A stretch of 64,000 bases of DNA, taken from the NCBI RefSeq assembly GCF_009914755.1, contig NC_060930.1. One strand, 5' to 3'. The translations under genes were made by a program, and so were the position numbers. This document shows, piece after piece, positions 1 through 16,750 of this stretch (positions within the stretch are counted from its first letter, which is position 1; each line of letters starts with the position of its first letter). Origin of the DNA: the human T2T-CHM13v2.0 reference genome, Homo sapiens. The notes beneath the pieces were generated by a model, which was not told the DNA's origin, made no database searches, and worked only from the letters and a program-made list of their open reading frames with translations.

Positions 1-1204
1 ACATTTATTTCATTATTAATTAAAAATACATTTTTAAAGTAATTAAAATACAATAAAAATCTATTTAAGATTGGATTATATGAATGACTCAGTCAAAGGT
101 CTGATGAATTGATAAAGGTAAAATTTCCAATTCTTTGGAGAAAACCATGAAAATGTTGCTGCCCTTTAGGGTACAGTCTTGTTAATCAACAGATCTTTAC
201 TCATTTACTTCTAGGTGTGGAAGGATGGCCCAGCTCCTCTTGGGTGTATAATTAGTTTGTGACAGCTGCCTTCTGTAATGTGGGACTTCTTGGGCTCTTT
301 TTACTGTTTTTACTGAATTTTGTTTCATTTGCTTCCTTTTACCTCCCTGTCTCTTGTTGGTTTGTATATGTGTGTTCCTGTTCTGCTTGTCTTTATCCCT
401 CTAGATACTCTCCTGGTCCTTAGTTATTTAGTAAATTTCATTCTGTCTGCTCATTCACGTCCCTCACCTCCAACCATGCCTCCTATGACATTGGGAATTC
501 TCGTTCTTGATTGTGTAGCCGTCTCCGGTTGGGATACTCTGAATGAGATGTGTAGGCATGCTAGATCATGACTGGAGCAGCTTCTCTAAATGTGACTGCC
601 ATTGCGACAGTGGCCTCCTGCTTAGGCTTTCCCTGGGTTCTTGTCAAGAATGAGCTCGTTTTTATAAGGGGTATTATAATTCTGACGTGGCCTTACTCTT
701 GACTATTGATGGTAACTATTTTTCTTGGCATCTGAAATCAAAGAGATGGAAACCCGGTCCCTCCTTCTAAATTCTATGGATTCAGTAGGATTAGGAATGC
801 TTACTGAGAGTACTGATAAACCAAACATTACTTATGTCTCATCATGAAAATTATTGAGTAAAATAATGTTTTGTGAAGTCAATCATATATAAACTTTTTT
901 ATTTTTACATATAAAATTCCCTATTTAAAATAATTTTATGATTAAAGCTTTTATAAAATAATTTTCACCTAATTTGTGTTGCTCAAAGGAGCTTCTGCTA
1001 AGATTCAAGGGCTCCCAGGGTTTTCCCTGTACAGAATATTAGTTCTAAGAGGTATCTTGAGGATCACCTTACTAAATACCACATTTTATTTGTATAGAAA
1101 TGGAGAGTCAGGGGGCTGCGTGACTTGCTCATGTTATATGACTAACTCTAGTGAACACAGGCCAATCAAGACACAGTTTCCTAGGATCCTTTTTCTTCTA
1201 ATTC

Positions 1205-1500
<296 letters not shown>

Positions 1501-1699
1501 CTCTAATTCTTTAGCCACCACGCCACAGTACGTCTTGTTAATGAGGTGTTATTTTCAGGGCATAATTTGTCTTGTTCTTGCTGCAGTGGATCTTGTGAAC
1601 AGAATGATGCTGCTTTTTAAAACCACTTACTGGTAAAATAATATTTACCTGGTACAATGCTAAGCAATTTCTATGTCATTAATTTTGTTTTTATTCTCT

Positions 1700-1997
1700 G
1701 GTTGGGTGTGGTGGCTCACGCCTGTAATCCCATAACTTTGGGAGCCTGAGGCAGGCAGATCACCGAGGTAAGGAGTTCGAGACCAGCCTGGCCAACATGG
1801 TGAAAAACCATTTCTACTGAAAAATACAAAATTAGCTGGGCATGGTGGCCCATGCCTATAATCCCAGCTACTTGGGAGACTGAGGCAGGAGAATCACTTG
1901 AACCCAGGAGGCAGAGGTTGCAGTGAGTCAAGATCATGCCACTGTACTCCAACCTGGGCGACAGAGCGAAACTCCGTCTCAAAAAAACATTTAAAAA
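1700..1997 (+). mobile_element. AluS inserted in a MIR
   Basis: Full dimer; TSD tttttattctc. Confidence 0.93.
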
Positions 1998-2009
1998 ATT
2001 TTTATTCTC

Positions 2010-2100
2010 ATAACTCTGTGAAGTTGTTACTATTATCCTCATTTTACTGATGAGGAAACTAAGGCAAAGAGGATCTAAGCGATCTGACCAAGGTGACATA
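2010..2100 (-). mobile_element. MIR fragment
   Basis: Core ttatcctcattttactgatgaggaaactaaggc. Confidence 0.8.
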
Positions 2101-3530
2101 AATGTTTACTTTTATGACCATGCTGTGTCTGCTTTAAGCATTGATAAAATGCTCAATGATTAGAGATGCTAGCACCCTCTGTTCTTACTATTGTAGGGAA
2201 CCATTACAATTCTGCTTCACCTTCTCAGTATTCTAGTCTTCAACTTTTTACCCGTAATAACTTTTATTGAGAGAGTTTAAAATTAAATAGCCTGTCTCCT
2301 TTCGATTTATACTATATAGAATTTGGCACATAGATGCTACCTTAGACATTGTGTGTTTGGCTCAATCCTTATTAAAAAAAAGGGGGCAAAAAACATAAAA
2401 TTATTCTAAAGCTAATTTCTGAGGCCAATCTGTAAAGTGATGGAGTGAAAACCATTTTTTGATGGCTCCTACCATTTAAAAGATAGTCTTCCAACTGCTG
2501 TAGTGAAATATGTCAGTGCTAATGATTCTGCTGCTTTAGTAAGCTGTGAGAAGCACAAGGCTTCTCTCCTGATCAGTACTGTCACATGGCCGTGTTCTGA
2601 TGCAGTATGCAAATAACAGCACCAGCATCGTAAGTAGATATTGCTAGTGGCACATCATATATGGGCTACTTGAGAGAAAAAGGCTGCTGTTAAACTTAAT
2701 GATGAGGCTGAGTGTCATTAACTGTGTGCTTATTCAAAGAGTTTCCCCCTGAAACATCTGTTCCCCTGTCAGATATGTCACTTTTAAGCAACACCTGTGC
2801 AGTAGTCATTTCCAAGTTTCTTTTCATGCAATCACCTTGTTTTTTGCTAATGGACTTCTTGGTAAAGGAGGAAAATGCAAACTTTCTTTTTCAACATCTT
2901 ACTGTAGTATCCCTGCCTAAGTAATGTGCTGTAGAAGTTAAAAAAATGAATAACATTTCTTAAGGGAATGTTTTATAAACACATGGTAGAATATTTTATC
3001 ATTGGTGTAAATTTGTGTCCTGAGAGTTAAATACTAAAATGAAAAATCATTATCCTTTAGTTATTGCATAATTTGTAATAGTTTCAGTAGCAGTCATATA
3101 CTGAAAATCAATGAGACGTGTCGTCTTTCATATTCATGTCAAGGTAATGTCCATTGGAGCTCATGTATTATTACATGAACATTGGAGTTTTCTTTGAAGT
3201 CTAGCGATGATTGTCTCGCTGGTGCTTGCTCTGTGTGGGTGAGAGAGAGAGAGGCCAGGAGAGGACAGGAGAACGGGCATGTGTCCGAGAGACAGATAAA
3301 CATATTAAGTAGCCCTTTCGGTGATGTACATATATGAAGATAGTATTTCTGCGACTGTTGCCTCCATTTGCAGAGTCTGTTTTTTTCCTCTTGGATTTTT
3401 ATTTAATATTTTTATTCAACTATAACATATATACAAGAAAATGAACAAATCTTCAGTGTATAGTTTAGTGATATTTTACAAATTGGACATAACTATGTCA
3501 CCAGCACTCAGATTAAGAAACAGCTTTAGA

Positions 3531-4179
<649 letters not shown>

Positions 4180-4259
4180 TAGTTTCTTATCTTTCAGCTG
4201 TCCGTCTACAGTAACCACTGTCCCCCTGACTTCTAACACTGTGGATTATTACTGTCTTT

Positions 4260-4450
4260 GTAAATGACCAAGTTGGAAATGTTGAACTTTATCTCAAGAA
4301 CCTTTATTTCAAGGTTTTAGCAGTGAAATGACATCATCTGATTTGCATTTCCAAAGGATCAGTAGCTGCTGTGTGGAGAATAAATTGTAGGGGTTCAGAA
4401 TGTAAGTGGAGGGACCAGAGAAGAGGCTACTTAAAGAAATCACGTGGTGG

Positions 4451-4488
<38 letters not shown>

Positions 4489-4830
4489 TGTTTATTGGGC
4501 CTTTAATAAACTGAGTTTAGCTATGAGGTATGAGTAAGAGAGGGAGACATTAATAGTTCCCAGGTTTATGGATAAGGTACAATGTACTGAACATGGAAGA
4601 CTGGAAGAGGCAACTATTTGAGCAAGAAGTTCTGGAGTTCCAGTTTGAACATGTTATTTTGAAATGCCTGTGAGATATCAAAGGGGAATTCCCAAGCAGG
4701 CAGTTGAATATATGGCTATATCTGGAGTTTGAAAAAGGAATCTGGAATGCAGATATAAAATTGACCATTATCTACATATAGATTATATATAAAACCATAA
4801 TATTGGGGAAATTGCTTAAGGACAGAGTGT
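4260..4830 (-). mobile_element. L2 fragment
   Basis: L2-like segments atctgatttgcattt..aaggatca..gctgctgtgtggagaat and gagttccagtttgaacatgtt..tttgaaatgcctgtgagatatc. Confidence 0.7.
4454..4482. repeat. (CA)n microsatellite
   Basis: Direct inspection. Confidence 0.97.
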
Positions 4831-6126
4831 AGAGTAAAAACAAATGACAATATGGATATGGCATACAAAAAGGGAGAGAGAGAAAAGAGGGAGCTTTCCA
4901 AAAGGCAATAACAGAAGAATGGTTATTGGTAAGGGGGGTGACGGCAGGTCATTTGGGTGGTCTAAATGGGTGATGGTTGAAGAGTGCATTGGGACAGAAC
5001 CCATCCAGGAGAGCAGCCGTATGCTTAGTTGTGATCCTAGAGCTTTTCCCATAAGTAGTAAGTCATTTTTCTGTCTTCTACTTGGGCTGTCACTGTATTC
5101 TATAGACTGAATGACATTCATTGTAACAGGAAGTTACCAGTTTTTTGAGGGAAGATGTGCAAGTTTGAATATGTGACTTCAGGGTGGAAAAATCAAATTG
5201 TTTTTAGCATATCTGCTTGCCAGGCCTATTCACCAAAAATTGATGCCAAATGTCTACATTTGAACAGCCAAACTAAAAACACCTCTCTTCTCACTCTCTC
5301 TGTCACTCCTGCTCTCTCTAACACACAAACGCAGACACACACGAACAACTTTAATGGTGAATATCTTAATTTCTGTTTCAAAGCTTTTCTGAGGATGTTA
5401 GTCTTTGAAATACTCTCTCCTTTAATCTTCCCAAGCATCATTATTTGGAGATGTGTTCTTGAATAAAGTGCTGCTGGAATTGGTAAGCACATGTTCATTA
5501 CTTTACTCAGCCTTAGTTCCTTTGAGACTTTATAATTGAATATTAGTAATACATATCATTTTAGAAGTGTTCAGCGATCTCGATGTTCCCTTTTTTAGCT
5601 TTGCTGCTTTCACAGTGCTCCTTATATATTTACCGAAGAAGGTGAGATGATTTTCTGCTCCTATATGCTTTAGTTTGATTTCTCAATCATGATTGCATTT
5701 TCTATATACTTGAACACAGTGCCTGAGGAGAAAATTCTGGTAACAAAGATGCTGCTTCTAAATAGAAAATGAGTTTTATTCAGAAGTGCTTATAACCCTC
5801 CCTCTGGAACAAATGAAACTGAAGCCCATGTGCATTTGTATCACGGAGCAGAGTTGGGCTTGCTTTGTTTTTTCATAATAAACATAAGTCCTTCTGGGAT
5901 TAGAAATTATAGTCTGAAAAGTGACTATGCAGAAGAGGATTCTGGGAAGATGGCAGAGTAGAAAGCACCAGGAATCTGTCTCCCCAACTAGACAACAAAT
6001 GCACTGACAGAACCTGTTTGATGTAACTGTTTTGGAACTCTGAATCTACTAAAGGTGTACAATTTCCAGTGGAAGGCTAGGATGGTGAATTGTGGTTATG
6101 TTTGGTCCTTAGCATGGTAGCAGCTA

Positions 6127-6971
<845 letters not shown>

Positions 6972-8577
6972 TCAGAAAAGATGTGAGAGGACCTTAAGTT
7001 TACACCTCAGGCAGATTATTGACTTAGAGACTGCCTATATCAATCAAATCAAATCAAAACAAAACAAAACCAAAAGCCGCAGCAAACCCTTGGGAAGGAA
7101 GAAAATTTCATTTCCAGAATCACCGCATTATTAGATTCAAATGTCCAGTTTTCAGCCAAAAATCACAAGGGATACAAAGAAACAAGAAAATGTGTCCCAC
7201 TGAAAGGAAAAAATAAAACCAACAGACTGTTCCTGATAAAAATCTGATGGCCTATATTTTAGACAAAGACTTTAAGATAACTGTCGTAAAGATGTTCATG
7301 AACTAAAGGAAGACATGAGGAAGTCAAGAAAACAATGTATAAACAAAATAGAAATATTAAGAAAGAGATAGACAACCTATCAAGAAGCCGAAAATAAATT
7401 TTAAAGCTGAAAAATACCGTAACTGAAATAAGAAATTCACTAGAGAGATTCAAAGACAATTGTGAGCAGGCAGAAGAAAGAATTTGAATTTGAAAATAGG
7501 ACAATCAAAATTATCAAGTCTGAGGAACAGAAAAAAGAATGAGGAAACATGAATGGAGTATAAGGGACCTGTGGAACCTTACACCATGAAACAGATCAAC
7601 ATGTGCATTGTGGAAATTCCAGAAGAGAGAAAGGGGCAATGAGAATATTTGAAGAGATAATGGTGGAAAACTTCCCACATTTGATGAAAGACATGAATGT
7701 AAACATCCCAGAAGCCCAACGAACTCCGAGTAGGATGAACTCAGAGACCCACATTGAGACACATTATCATCAAACTGTCGAAACAAAAAAGGAGTATCTT
7801 GAAAACGGCAAGAGAGAAGCAACTCTTCACATGCAAAGGAACCACAATGAGATTCTCCACAGATCTCTCCTCAGAAACCTTGGAGCCCAGAAGCCAGTGG
7901 GCCAACATAAAAGAAAAAAGAAAAAAACAAAACAACACAAAACAAACCCAGACAGCCAAAGAACCTATATCTAATGAAACTGTTCTTCATGAGTGAGATA
8001 GAAAATAAGACATTCTCAGGTAAACAAAAGCTGAGGGAGTTTGTTACCACCAGACTTACCCTGTAAGAAATACCAAAGAGAGTCCTGCAGATTGGCGTGA
8101 AAGGACACTGGACAATAACCTGAAACCCTTTGAAGAAATACACATCTCAGTAAAGATAAAGGCATGGGAAATTATTAAAGCTAGTAGTATCGTAACAACA
8201 GATTGTAACTCCACTTTTTGTTTTCTACATGATTTTAGAGAGTAACGACTAACATTTTTTAAAAAGGCGATTGTTAGTCTAAAAGCTAGTATTATTATAA
8301 CTTTGGTTTGTAACTCCCTGTTTTGTTTTCTATATAATTTAAGAGACTAATGCATTTAAGTTTTTTTTTTTTAATTTATGTTTTCGGACACACAACATAT
8401 AAAGGTATAATTTTGTAACATAAGCAGTTGAAAGGAGTGAGGACAGAGATTTAAAGGAGCAGAGTTTTTGTATGTTATTAGAGTTAAGCTGATATAAATC
8501 CAAATTAGAGTGCTATAAGTTCAGGATATTAAATATAATTTCCAATGCAACCACAAAGAAAATACATATAAAATACA

Positions 8578-8807
8578 CAGAAGTTCCTCAACTTATGATG
8601 GGGCTACTTCCCAATAAACCCATTGTAAGTTGAAAATATCTACGCTGAAAATGCATTTAATACCCTGTTAAACCCATTATAAAGTCAAAAAGTTGTAAGT
8701 TGAACCATTGTCCATACACTCCTCAACTTATGATGGGGTCATGTCCAAATAAACCCACCATGAAGTTAAAAATTATAAGTTGGACATTAAAAGTCAGGGA
8801 CCATTTG
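8578..8807. mobile_element. MER47/Tigger5-family DNA transposon MITE
   Basis: Terminal inverted repeats cagaagttcctcaactta ... aagtcagggaccatttg|ta; similar to the element at 49332. Confidence 0.8.
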
Positions 8808-9307
8808 TATACAAAAGGAAATGAGAAAGGAATTTAAACATTGTTTCACCACAAAAAAAACATCTAAACACAAAAGAAGGCAGTAATATGGAAAATGAGG
8901 GACAAAACAAATAACAAAGTGGAAGAAGTAAGTCCCTTCTTATCAGTCAGAGTCTGACATATACTAGAACACAGAAGGAAATTCTAACAAATGCTACACC
9001 ATAAATGAACCTTGAGGATGTTAATATTAAGAGAAAAGAGCCAGTCACAAAAAGACGGATTATAACAGATATATAACACATTATGCAATTATAACTCATA
9101 TGAAATTATACATACACATTATAACACATACATGAGTACTTAAAGTAGTCAAAATCATAGAAACAGAAAGGAAAATAGTGATTCTCAGGGATTGAGAGTA
9201 GACGGAATTGGGGAGTTATTGTGTAATGGGTATAGAGTTGCAATTTGGCAAGATGAAAAAGTTCTGAAGATTGATGGTTGGTGATGGTTGCACAACAATA
9301 TGAATCA

Positions 9308-9558
<251 letters not shown>

Positions 9559-9713
9559 TTAGTTAAGATGATACATTTTATGTTATATGGAACATAACGT
9601 TAAAAAATTGAAAAAAATGACTATGAAGAAAAAAATAGTAATAAAAACTTACAAAAGACAAAATAAAAAATACTCCTAGGTAGTCCTCCAACAATTGTGG
9701 ACTAGGAGGTACG

Positions 9714-10271
9714 TGTAGCAGTTAAGGGTTAATCAAGGGAAGCCAAACCACTGTGAGCCATGGGACTAAGGGTTTGTTACAGGAATGAGAGCTCCCCCGT
9801 GTGTGAGGAGCTGAGTGGCGGCGGGAGGGCCAATGGGGAGTTGGGGCATCAGAGGAGTCAGCAGCCAGGGAGTCAGAAGCTGAGCACAGCCCACCACCCG
9901 AGGTGGATGGGAATGGGAAGGTCCTGGAGGGCCTTGGGGAGCATGCCTCTGTGTGGCAGCTGCTTCTGTGGGTTTGCTGCCAAGCACTTCTTGTGGGCAC
10001 CATGCCACTGTTGGTCAATAGGGTCCACTGGGGCAGAAGAGCTGGACACAGAATGGAGAAGAGTAAGGATGAGCTGGGAACGCTGACATCCACGGCTCTG
10101 TCACCACTTCTCCCCATAATGACCTTCATTCAGAGAGCACTGGCTGCAGCTTCACTTTTGCTGCAAAACTTGTGCAGATTTCTTCTAGGGCCAATATTAA
10201 CCCAGAACCTTACCAGCGAAGGGCCTTCTGGGAACTCCAGCATAACCATGGGCACAGAACAAACTACCGCA
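9714..10271 (-). mobile_element. Old ERVL-class solo LTR (subfamily uncertain)
   Basis: TG...CA ends; termini resemble ERVL LTRs (gaagggccttctgggaactccagc); explains the local GC rise and the ORFs here. Confidence 0.55.
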
Positions 10272-11307
10272 ATGTGGAATCTAAATAAATCATATAGGCT
10301 TCTGAAAGTTGATTTTTTTTTCTCTACCACTTCAAATACCAGAATTATTGAATGGAGACAAAAGAAAGGTTAATGTATTTTTCACTAGAAGGTAAATGAC
10401 AGTCTTGAATATGCAGATCACCATAATAAGAATTGAATTCTGTCTGTATTTATCACATTTGGATGGGCCTAAATGTAATTACTTGAAAATATTTAGCATT
10501 GATTAAAAATGTCACATTTTGTTTAATATAGGAATTATAAATACAAATTTAATCAAACAATTAAAATGAATTCCTTGCTGAATCTTGACTGGTTGGCAAA
10601 TGAAAAGGTACACTGGGCTAGACATCACTTGATCTAGTTTTAAAAGCAGTTGTGTCATAAACCAACTATGTGACTTTGCATAAATATTTAGTTTTTTTAT
10701 CTTTAGATTATTTATAAAAATTAAAAAAATACGTGGAAACAGTGAAGCATTTTATAATCTTGAGATATTACAATGTCTTTAGGGAAAAAGGTTTCCTCCA
10801 GTTGACAATAAGTTGACTTATACAATAAACATTTTAATCCTAAGTAATAATCTTCTAATGAATAGACTGCATTACATATTAAATCAAATTCCATTGTCTG
10901 TCTTAAAGTGATTGCAATGTGACAGTTCTTATTAAAATTTAAATAATCTTATTTCTTGGTTATTTTTCTAAGAGGAATTTTCATTTGTATTTTCCATGAA
11001 AGTGGTGGTTTTGCTTCAGTCATGAGAATATGATTCATTTTGAACCCTAGAAGTTGCATCCTTGGGTGTCATGCTACACTATGATTGAATGAGTACCAGA
11101 CATTAGATCTGTTTCAATGCATTTTTGAACGTTCTGGCTGTTCCCCCTTGGTTGTTGCTGCATCCTTTTCTAATAAACTATATTAAATAAAAATGCAAAC
11201 ACCATAATTTAAAACCCTAAAGCTAAAATCATCTGTGATACAATGAATGTGTGTATGTGTGGTTTATGATATGAAATTGTATGTATATGTATCTATATAT
11301 GTGTGCA

Positions 11308-11311
<4 letters not shown>

Positions 11312-11343
<32 letters not shown>
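11312..11343. repeat. (TG)n microsatellite
   Basis: Direct inspection. Confidence 0.95.
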
Positions 11344-11344
<1 letters not shown>

Positions 11345-12299
11345 TACTCTTGTTGAATTTAAGCCCCTATGGTACAGAATTCAAATTACACAGAGCTCAG
11401 AAATCCTTCTAAACATCTAGTACAAGAAGAAAATTGGGATTAGGGAATCAGAATTGATGATGGGACCAAAAATGGGTCAGACCGTCCAAAGAATATATCC
11501 CAGATCAGCATCTTTTCGAATTAATCCAGTGAGTCTTTACTTACTCGCTGTAATTTAGTTTTGTAAACCAATGTTGTTTTGCTTTAAAAGGCCGCTAGTT
11601 ACATCTAAGCTATTATTGCTTATGCAGTCAGTGAGATTTACTTAAATGCTTTAGGTGCTTTATTTAAAATCAGCATAAAACACAGATTTTATTTTAGTGT
11701 GGTTTTTGCTTTGGTTTTGCTTGTTATTTTATTTTTTCAGCGTTGGAAACATATTTCAATGCTTTGAGCTATAGCTAGACCACCCACAAACTAGGCACAG
11801 TTCTGCCCTCAGAGCCTATACTTGTAGGAAGGAAGATTATTTCCCTGTGCCAGGGAGGTTGAGAATGCAGAGGCAGAGGGAGCACCTTCCTAGGTAGGCC
11901 TCAGGTAGTGTTAAAGAAGGCATGGTGCCAGGAGGGACTGAGCAGCAGGTCCTATTTCCTTGAAGAGGGTGGCCTTGGTCATAGTGTACTATGAGTTTAG
12001 CGGGTTTGCACCTGGCATTGGAATAAGCCCACGGGAAAACAGTCTTACTAATACAATGATTAAATCCACTTTCACCTCCCCAGAAGATAAGCATTATTTG
12101 TAGTTATCTAGTCATTTCTCCTACATTCTCATATTCTAAATTAGAAAAGCATTTGTTAATCCCAGCAGTTTATGTTTTGATTTTGTTTTCACTTTATCAT
12201 TCTTCCTTTTACTTCTTATACTAATAGCTCTAACTGTTCCTTGTCCTCATCTAATCCATTGCTTCCCAGATGTCTTTGAAAAGAATGACTTGAGCTACT

Positions 12300-12430
12300 G
12301 GTTAAACATAGCTTTCCAGACATCTTCAATGGAGAACATGATTCTGTGGGTCTGGGATGGAGCCTGGGAATTTGTATTCATAACAAGTACCTCAGGTAGT
12401 TCTTATGGGAGATGTTTAGGTAATGCTGCC
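12300..12430. mobile_element. MER5-like hAT-Charlie fragment
   Basis: gattctgtgggtctgggatggagcctgggaatttgtattcataacaagtacctcaggt. Confidence 0.65.
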
Positions 12431-12471
12431 TGACCTTGAGAGCTCAGCGTGGCAATGCAACCCACCTGTGG

Positions 12472-12590
12472 GTAGAGGGCCAGCTTAGGAAATAAAAATA
12501 CAGGAGGCTCATGGGATATGCCTAGGCTGAAAATAGTCCATTGTTTATTGGAAATTTAAATTTAACTGGGTGTCCTATCTGGCAACCTTT
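12472..12590. mobile_element. MER53-like hAT fragment
   Basis: aaataaaaatacagg ... gaaatttaaatttaactgggtgtcc..tctggcaacc. Confidence 0.6.
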
Positions 12591-12765
12591 CCTGTGGAGA
12601 AAATAGATTCGTGGTGCAGAAGTAGCTGTTCAAATTTGTTACCTGGGGCCAGATAGAGTCTGTCTGGCCAGGAATTAGATTAGAGTTCTCTTGGACTTCA
12701 ATGCAGGTGTTACCTCAGACCCCCTCTGTGTGCCCTGATTTGCTGGCTTTTTTGATGGAGCATGG

Positions 12766-13208
12766 TGTTGTGGGTTAAATAGTGTCACCCCAAAATACAT
12801 ATTTTGAAATTCTAACCCTGAATACCTCGGAGCATGAGTTTATTTGGAGACAGGGATTTTCACAGGAGCACAAGTTAAAAATGAAGTCATTTAGGGTAGG
12901 CTCTAATACAATCTGATTGATGTCCTATAAAAAGCAGTAATTTGTAGACAGACACATGCACACAGGGAGAAGAGCATCATGTGAACATGAAGGCAGTGAT
13001 CAAGGTGATGCTTCTACTGGTTAAGGAACCCCAAAGATTGCCAGCAACCCACCCAAAGCTAGGGCAGAGGCCTGGAAGAGATTGTCTCTTACGGGCCATA
13101 GAATGAAACACCCGTGGGCTTGCACCTCTAGCCTTCAACAGGAATTTCTGTTGTTAAAGCCACCCTGTTCGTAGTACTTTGCTAGGGCAACCCCAGCAAA
13201 CTAATGCA
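12766..13208 (+). mobile_element. MaLR solo LTR (MLT1B/C-like)
   Basis: tgttgtgggttaaatagtgtcacccc ... agcaaactaatgca. Confidence 0.85.
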
Positions 13209-14819
13209 TGTAATGCACACTAATAGCCTTTGTAGAGTAGTGGTCATGTGCCAGATACTTTATATGGAGTATCTAATTTGATATTTATGATAACGAGTAA
13301 GTTAGGCACTATTCATTAACTCCATTTCATGAATGAAAACTAAAGCTCAGTAAGAGAACATGTTGTGGTATAGTCAAATAGTAGCTACCCACTAAGTAGT
13401 AGAACCAAGAATCAAGACCAGGTCCTTCAGTTCCAAGCACTGTTTTCTATACTTCTAGACAAGAAAGATGCCCACCAGTGTATAACATTGCAAAAGGCTG
13501 AATGAGGAAAAGGAGGCGCTCTGTTGAGTTAGATTGTCTTCTTGTTGCTCTAGAATTCTACATTTTGTTTCACACGTTAATTTTGCATATGTGCACATGA
13601 ATCAGTAATCTCTTATGTGGGCAGGGTGACACCAAAATGCCTTTGTTCATGAATTTTACCAAGAATTAAAGGAATTTGCTACAAGTAAGGTTTTCACATT
13701 ATTACAGACATTCTTATTTATGCTCTTTTAGTTTTGCCCTTAGACCAGAATAAACATGGTTAAATTTAATTCCTGAGTTTTATGTCCTTAGTTCCTAACA
13801 GTTTCCCTAAAAGATTGCTGGCAAGAAAACCTTTCTGATGCAGGGAATAATACAAATTTTACCTGTTCCTTTCTCTTGTGTCTTCCCCAACCTCTGAGAT
13901 TTGTGACACAGACTTTTATTCCTTTGGATTTTCACTGTGATATTTCTATTCCAGCATTTTAACAGTTAATGTTTGCTTCATGCGCTGGAAAGGAAGGTTT
14001 CTCACCAGAGGTGATTTCTGGACTGCAGAGTGTGTGGCTCATGAGATTTATTATTTTTATTGGGTGGAGGAGTTTCTCCAGGCTATTTCTGTGAATGAGA
14101 GATCAAAGTCAGATGGGATCTGACAACTTTCCTCTGAGAAGGACCACCCAATAGTTTGCTAGTTCTTGTGTTTTTCCACCACATGGTGGTTGATGTACCC
14201 AGGATCCACTGCCATTTTGTTTTGAATGAGAGTGCATGAAGAAATCTCTATTTCTGCTGTTTTTTGTGTGTTTGTTTTTTTACCAATTTTATTATTGTTT
14301 CTTTCAAATTCGTAAAAATTTCCAGTGTTCTTCCTCCTCAAACCCCCTCCTCAGCTTTCTTTTTAGCTAATATTTGTTTATTATTCCTTCATCTGAACTG
14401 GAGTTAAACTTGACTTTGCTGCTTGGGTGGGGAGGTAGCAGGCTTCCCTGGTCTGCATCCTGGGTTAAGGGGCCAAGACTCTCTTGAAATGAAGTTGGTC
14501 TCCTACTTTCAGCAGACGAGTACTTTTATGAGGGAAGTGTAGTGTGTTGGTCAGGCCTTCAGTTCCTAAGCAAGGGTGAGACATGCAAGAGTCTAGACAC
14601 ATATGGGGTGGAGTTGATGCCCTGATTCTGAAATAGCTGAATGAGGCAAGTAATCAAGAATGAAATCAAAGACACCTTATAAAAGCCAGATAGCCCAGTA
14701 AGTGAGAGACCAGAGTTGGATGCCCAAGTGTTCAAATAGTGGAACCTGAGGATCAACCTTACTAGACATATTTTTTTTAACTTTTTCAGTGTTAATCTTT
14801 TAACAGAATCATAAAGAAG

Positions 14820-15237
14820 GTAATTTAGCTATCTATTGCTATATAACAAATTACAAATATGCCTGAACATATTTTTTTACTTAGCTTACTCTGGTGGGTA
14901 TAAGATTGAATATATGGTAGTTTGTTTCTACTCCCTCTTACAGAATTTACTTTCTGAATTACTAGCAGACTTTAAAATAAGATGTTGTTACATCATATTT
15001 ACTGATTCTCCATTAAACTCTTAATCCTTAGCTATCCAATATGTACATATCTAAAAGAAATATATCAATTTATTGTGAATTGGTTTATATGTTAAAATCA
15101 CAGATTATTTATATAATGGCAAAAAAAAAAGAAAACAAAAAAAAGTGTTGAGAGCAGATATCTCTGCCTATTTTCCAGTCTTAGGAGATGTATCAGTCAG
15201 GGATCTCCAGAGAAATAGAACCATTGAACCACAGTTG

Positions 15238-15288
<51 letters not shown>

Positions 15289-15615
15289 TACCACAAATGT
15301 AGAAGCTTAAAACAACCCATATTTTTTATCTCACAGTCTCTGTGGGAGTCTGGCATAGCTTACCTCTACTCAGGGTCTCTCACAAGTTAGTCAATGCTGA
15401 GGTCTCATCCAAAGACTCACATGGGGCAGGATCTGCTTCCAAAATCACTTATGTGGTTGTTGGTAGGATTCAGCTCCTTGTGAACTGTAGGGTTGAGGGC
15501 TTCAGCTCCTCACTGGCTGCTGGATGGAAGCTTCCCTCAGTTTGTGGGCCTCTCCAATATGGCAGCTCACAACATGGAAATTTAACTTCATCAAAGCCAG
15601 CAAGAGAGAGGACCT
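14820..15615 (-). mobile_element. MLT1 (E/F-like) LTR fragment, interrupted at 14855-15286 by a duplicated segment
   Basis: gctatctattgctatataacaaattac ... attaccacaaatgtagaagcttaaaacaac is contiguous MLT1 terminal sequence once the insert is removed. Confidence 0.75.
14856..15286 (+). repeat. Direct duplicate of 17032-17450, ending in (CA)n
   Basis: Aligns along its whole length with scattered substitutions. Confidence 0.95.
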
Positions 15616-15829
15616 ACTGCGAGAAATGCATCCAAGGTCCTGCCCCAGCTCTGTGGAAAACACACCCCACTTCTGCAGCCAACACAGCAGACAGGTTTCT
15701 GGCCTTGCCTGAGCACACCGCATGGGCAGGAGCAGTGTGACTCCACACTGCCCAACTGATTGAAATTTCTGAGGTTCTCTCTTTCCATCCATCTTCTTCC
15801 AGGAGGTCACCCCAGATTTATAGAGTTTG

Positions 15830-16134
15830 TGTTGGTGATGGCTTATCCCTGTAATCTCAGTGCTTTGGGAAGCTGAGGCAGAAGGATTGATTAAGGTCAG
15901 GAGTTCGAGACCAGTCCAGACAACATAGTGAGATCCCATCTCTAAAAAATAATAATAAATAAAAATTAATTAGCTGTGGGTGGTGGCACACCACATAGTC
16001 CCAACTACTCAGGAGGCTGAGGCAGGAAGGATTGCTTGAGCCCAGGAGTTTGAGGTTACATTGAGCTATGATTGTGCCACTGCACTCCAGGCTGGTTGAC
16101 AAAACAAGACTCTGTCTCTTAAAAGAAAAACAAC
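15830..16134 (+). mobile_element. AluJ
   Basis: aggattgcttgagcccaggagtttgagg. Confidence 0.88.
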
Positions 16135-16135
16135 A

Positions 16136-16750
<615 letters not shown>

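Noticed and set aside
300-800. Hydrophobic 83-aa ORF or possible ancient retroviral fragment
   Set aside because: T-rich composition explains the hydrophobicity; no recognisable homology
7603-7996. ORFs resembling L1 ORF1p
   Set aside because: Fragments of a decayed, frameshifted L1 ORF1; non-functional
9722-10373. Overlapping 108-156 aa ORFs in a GC-richer patch
   Set aside because: They coincide with an old LTR; no recognisable domain or splice structure
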